NCBI GenBank assembly: GCA_963704755.1
Contig: OY969938.1
Span: 3,150,001 to 3,182,000 of the forward strand
Direction of reading: 5' to 3'
DNA from: an uncultured Chloroflexia bacterium
GTDB lineage: Bacteria; Chloroflexota; Anaerolineae; Anaerolineales; Anaerolineaceae
Length of the DNA: 32,000 nt
Part shown: piece by piece, positions 31,044 through 32,000 of the stretch
Layout: the number at the start of each line of letters is the position of its first letter
How positions within the stretch are numbered: position 1 is the first letter of the stretch
Translations under genes and position numbers: made by a program
The notes under the pieces: generated by a model
Databases searched by the model: none
Told to the model about the DNA's origin: nothing
What the model saw: only the letters and a program-made list of their open reading frames with translations

Positions 31044-32000
31044 CTATTCCTCCTCGTCCCAGCGGATTTTATCCAGGCTTTCGGGCTGCAAGCCGGCGAT
31101 AAAGGCCGCCAGCAGGCGCCCGGCCCGTTCGATGTCTTTGAGGGAAATGATTTCAACCGGGGTATGCATGTAGCGCAAGGGGATACCGACCACGGCGGTG
31201 GGGAAGCCGGCCGCCACGATCTGCATGGCGTAGGCGTCGGTGCCGGAGTGGCGGGCCATGACTTCGGTCTGGTAAGGCAGGTCCAGCTTTTCGGCAGTTT
31301 CTTTCAGCATTTTGAACAGCGCCGGGTGGATGTTGGGCCCCCAGGCAATAGTGGGGCCTTTTCCCAGCGGGAAAGTGCGGTAATCGTTGGGCCCGCCCGG
31401 GCCTTTGCCAAAGGTGACGTCGATGGCGATGGCGATATCGGGCTGGAGATCGAAAGGTGAGGTCAGCCCGCCGCCCAGGGTTACTTCTTCCTGGACGGTA
31501 GCGACCGCCCAGACGTCCCAGGCGTGCTGCATGCCTTTAAGGGCCTGCAAGCAGGCGGTGACGGCGGTCACCGAGGCGCGGTTGTCCATGGTATGACCGG
31601 CTAAATAATCATCCGAAAGGCTGATCGGTTCCTGGGCGAAAGAGATCAAGTCGCCGACATGGACCAGGCCGGCCAGTTCCGCAGCCGGCAGGCAGGTATC
31701 GACCAGCAGGTGCTTGATTTCCACGGCCTGGCGGGAGGTGTAGTCCACCGGCAGCAAATGGGCCGGCGGCTGGACGACCACGGCGGGCAGGTCGCGCTGG
31801 CCGTGTACGATCACTTCCAGGCCGGGCAGGATGCGCGCGTCGATACCGCCGACGCTGGTAAAACGCAGCCAGCTACCCTCGATCCCGGTCACCATCATGC
31901 CGATGGCATCCATATGGGCGGCCAGGAGGATGCGCGGGCGCGGATCGGTGCCGCCGCCTTTTTTGAGGGCGTGGATGCTCCCCAGCCGGCCGGTGTAGAG
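31044..32000 (-). CDS. M42-family metallopeptidase, paralog 3; 5' end lies outside the window
   Basis: The frame stays open to position 32000 (…LLAAHMDAIGMMV). Motifs MDNRASV, ATVQEEVTLGG and PLRYMHTPVE are present. The stop lies 2 nt before the next gene's start. Confidence 0.85.
   Translation of the reverse strand, partial: LYTGRLGSIHALKKGGGTDPRPRILLAAHMDAIGMMVTGIEGSWLRFTSVGGIDARILPGLEVIVHGQRDLPAVVVQPPAHLLPVDYTSRQAVEIKHLLVDTCLPAAELAGLVHVGDLISFAQEPISLSDDYLAGHTMDNRASVTAVTACLQALKGMQHAWDVWAVATVQEEVTLGGGLTSPFDLQPDIAIAIDVTFGKGPGGPNDYRTFPLGKGPTIAWGPNIHPALFKMLKETAEKLDLPYQTEVMARHSGTDAYAMQIVAAGFPTAVVGIPLRYMHTPVEIISLKDIERAGRLLAAFIAGLQPESLDKIRWDEEE

Noticed and set aside
1-32000. The window as a defence island, prophage or integrative element
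   Set aside because: I found no integrase, transposase, phage structural gene, restriction-modification gene, toxin-antitoxin gene, cas gene or tRNA attachment site. The lower-GC stretches (19630-20105 and 21000-21660) are non-coding repeat or regulatory DNA rather than imported genes.

Overview
High-GC (about 60%) bacterial chromosomal segment with no transposase, integrase, phage, CRISPR-cas, rRNA or tRNA genes that I can see. The gene content and a Gram-positive-type LexA box suggest Chloroflexota, possibly Anaerolineae, but that is inference only.

Gene order, left to right:
- a 5'-truncated GH15 glucoamylase
- a minus-strand efflux operon (two ABC ATPases, an ABC-2 permease, a HlyD adaptor), divergent from a NarL-type two-component pair
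- a minus-strand three-gene cassette: degenerate RecA-fold protein, 99-aa protein, and a divergent, frameshifted family-B DNA polymerase. It sits behind a near-consensus promoter whose spacer carries a perfect GAAC-N4-GTTC LexA-type box.
- a BNR/Asp-box lipoprotein
- a TetR regulator with a frameshifted alpha/beta hydrolase
- a histidine kinase fused to a C-terminal domain of about 12 TM segments, with its response regulator
- a TetR regulator divergent from a SAM methyltransferase
- a roughly 660-bp array of 167-bp structured tandem repeats
- an ABC ATPase with a 524-aa polytopic membrane protein
- a DUF1624-like acyltransferase, an aldo/keto reductase and a TauE-family protein
- an operon of three tandem M42 peptidases, a solute-binding lipoprotein and a small Pro/Thr-rich membrane protein

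The most interesting candidate is the putative SOS-controlled RecA-like/PolB cassette. Other unexplained structure: a family of very long perfect palindromes with 3-nt loops in at least eight intergenic gaps, the 167-bp tandem array, and a G/C-rich hairpin-repeat cluster at 1820-2188.

Two genes carry single-base frameshifts, so assembly indel errors must be considered. All functional calls come from reading motifs in the supplied translations; no database search was run.
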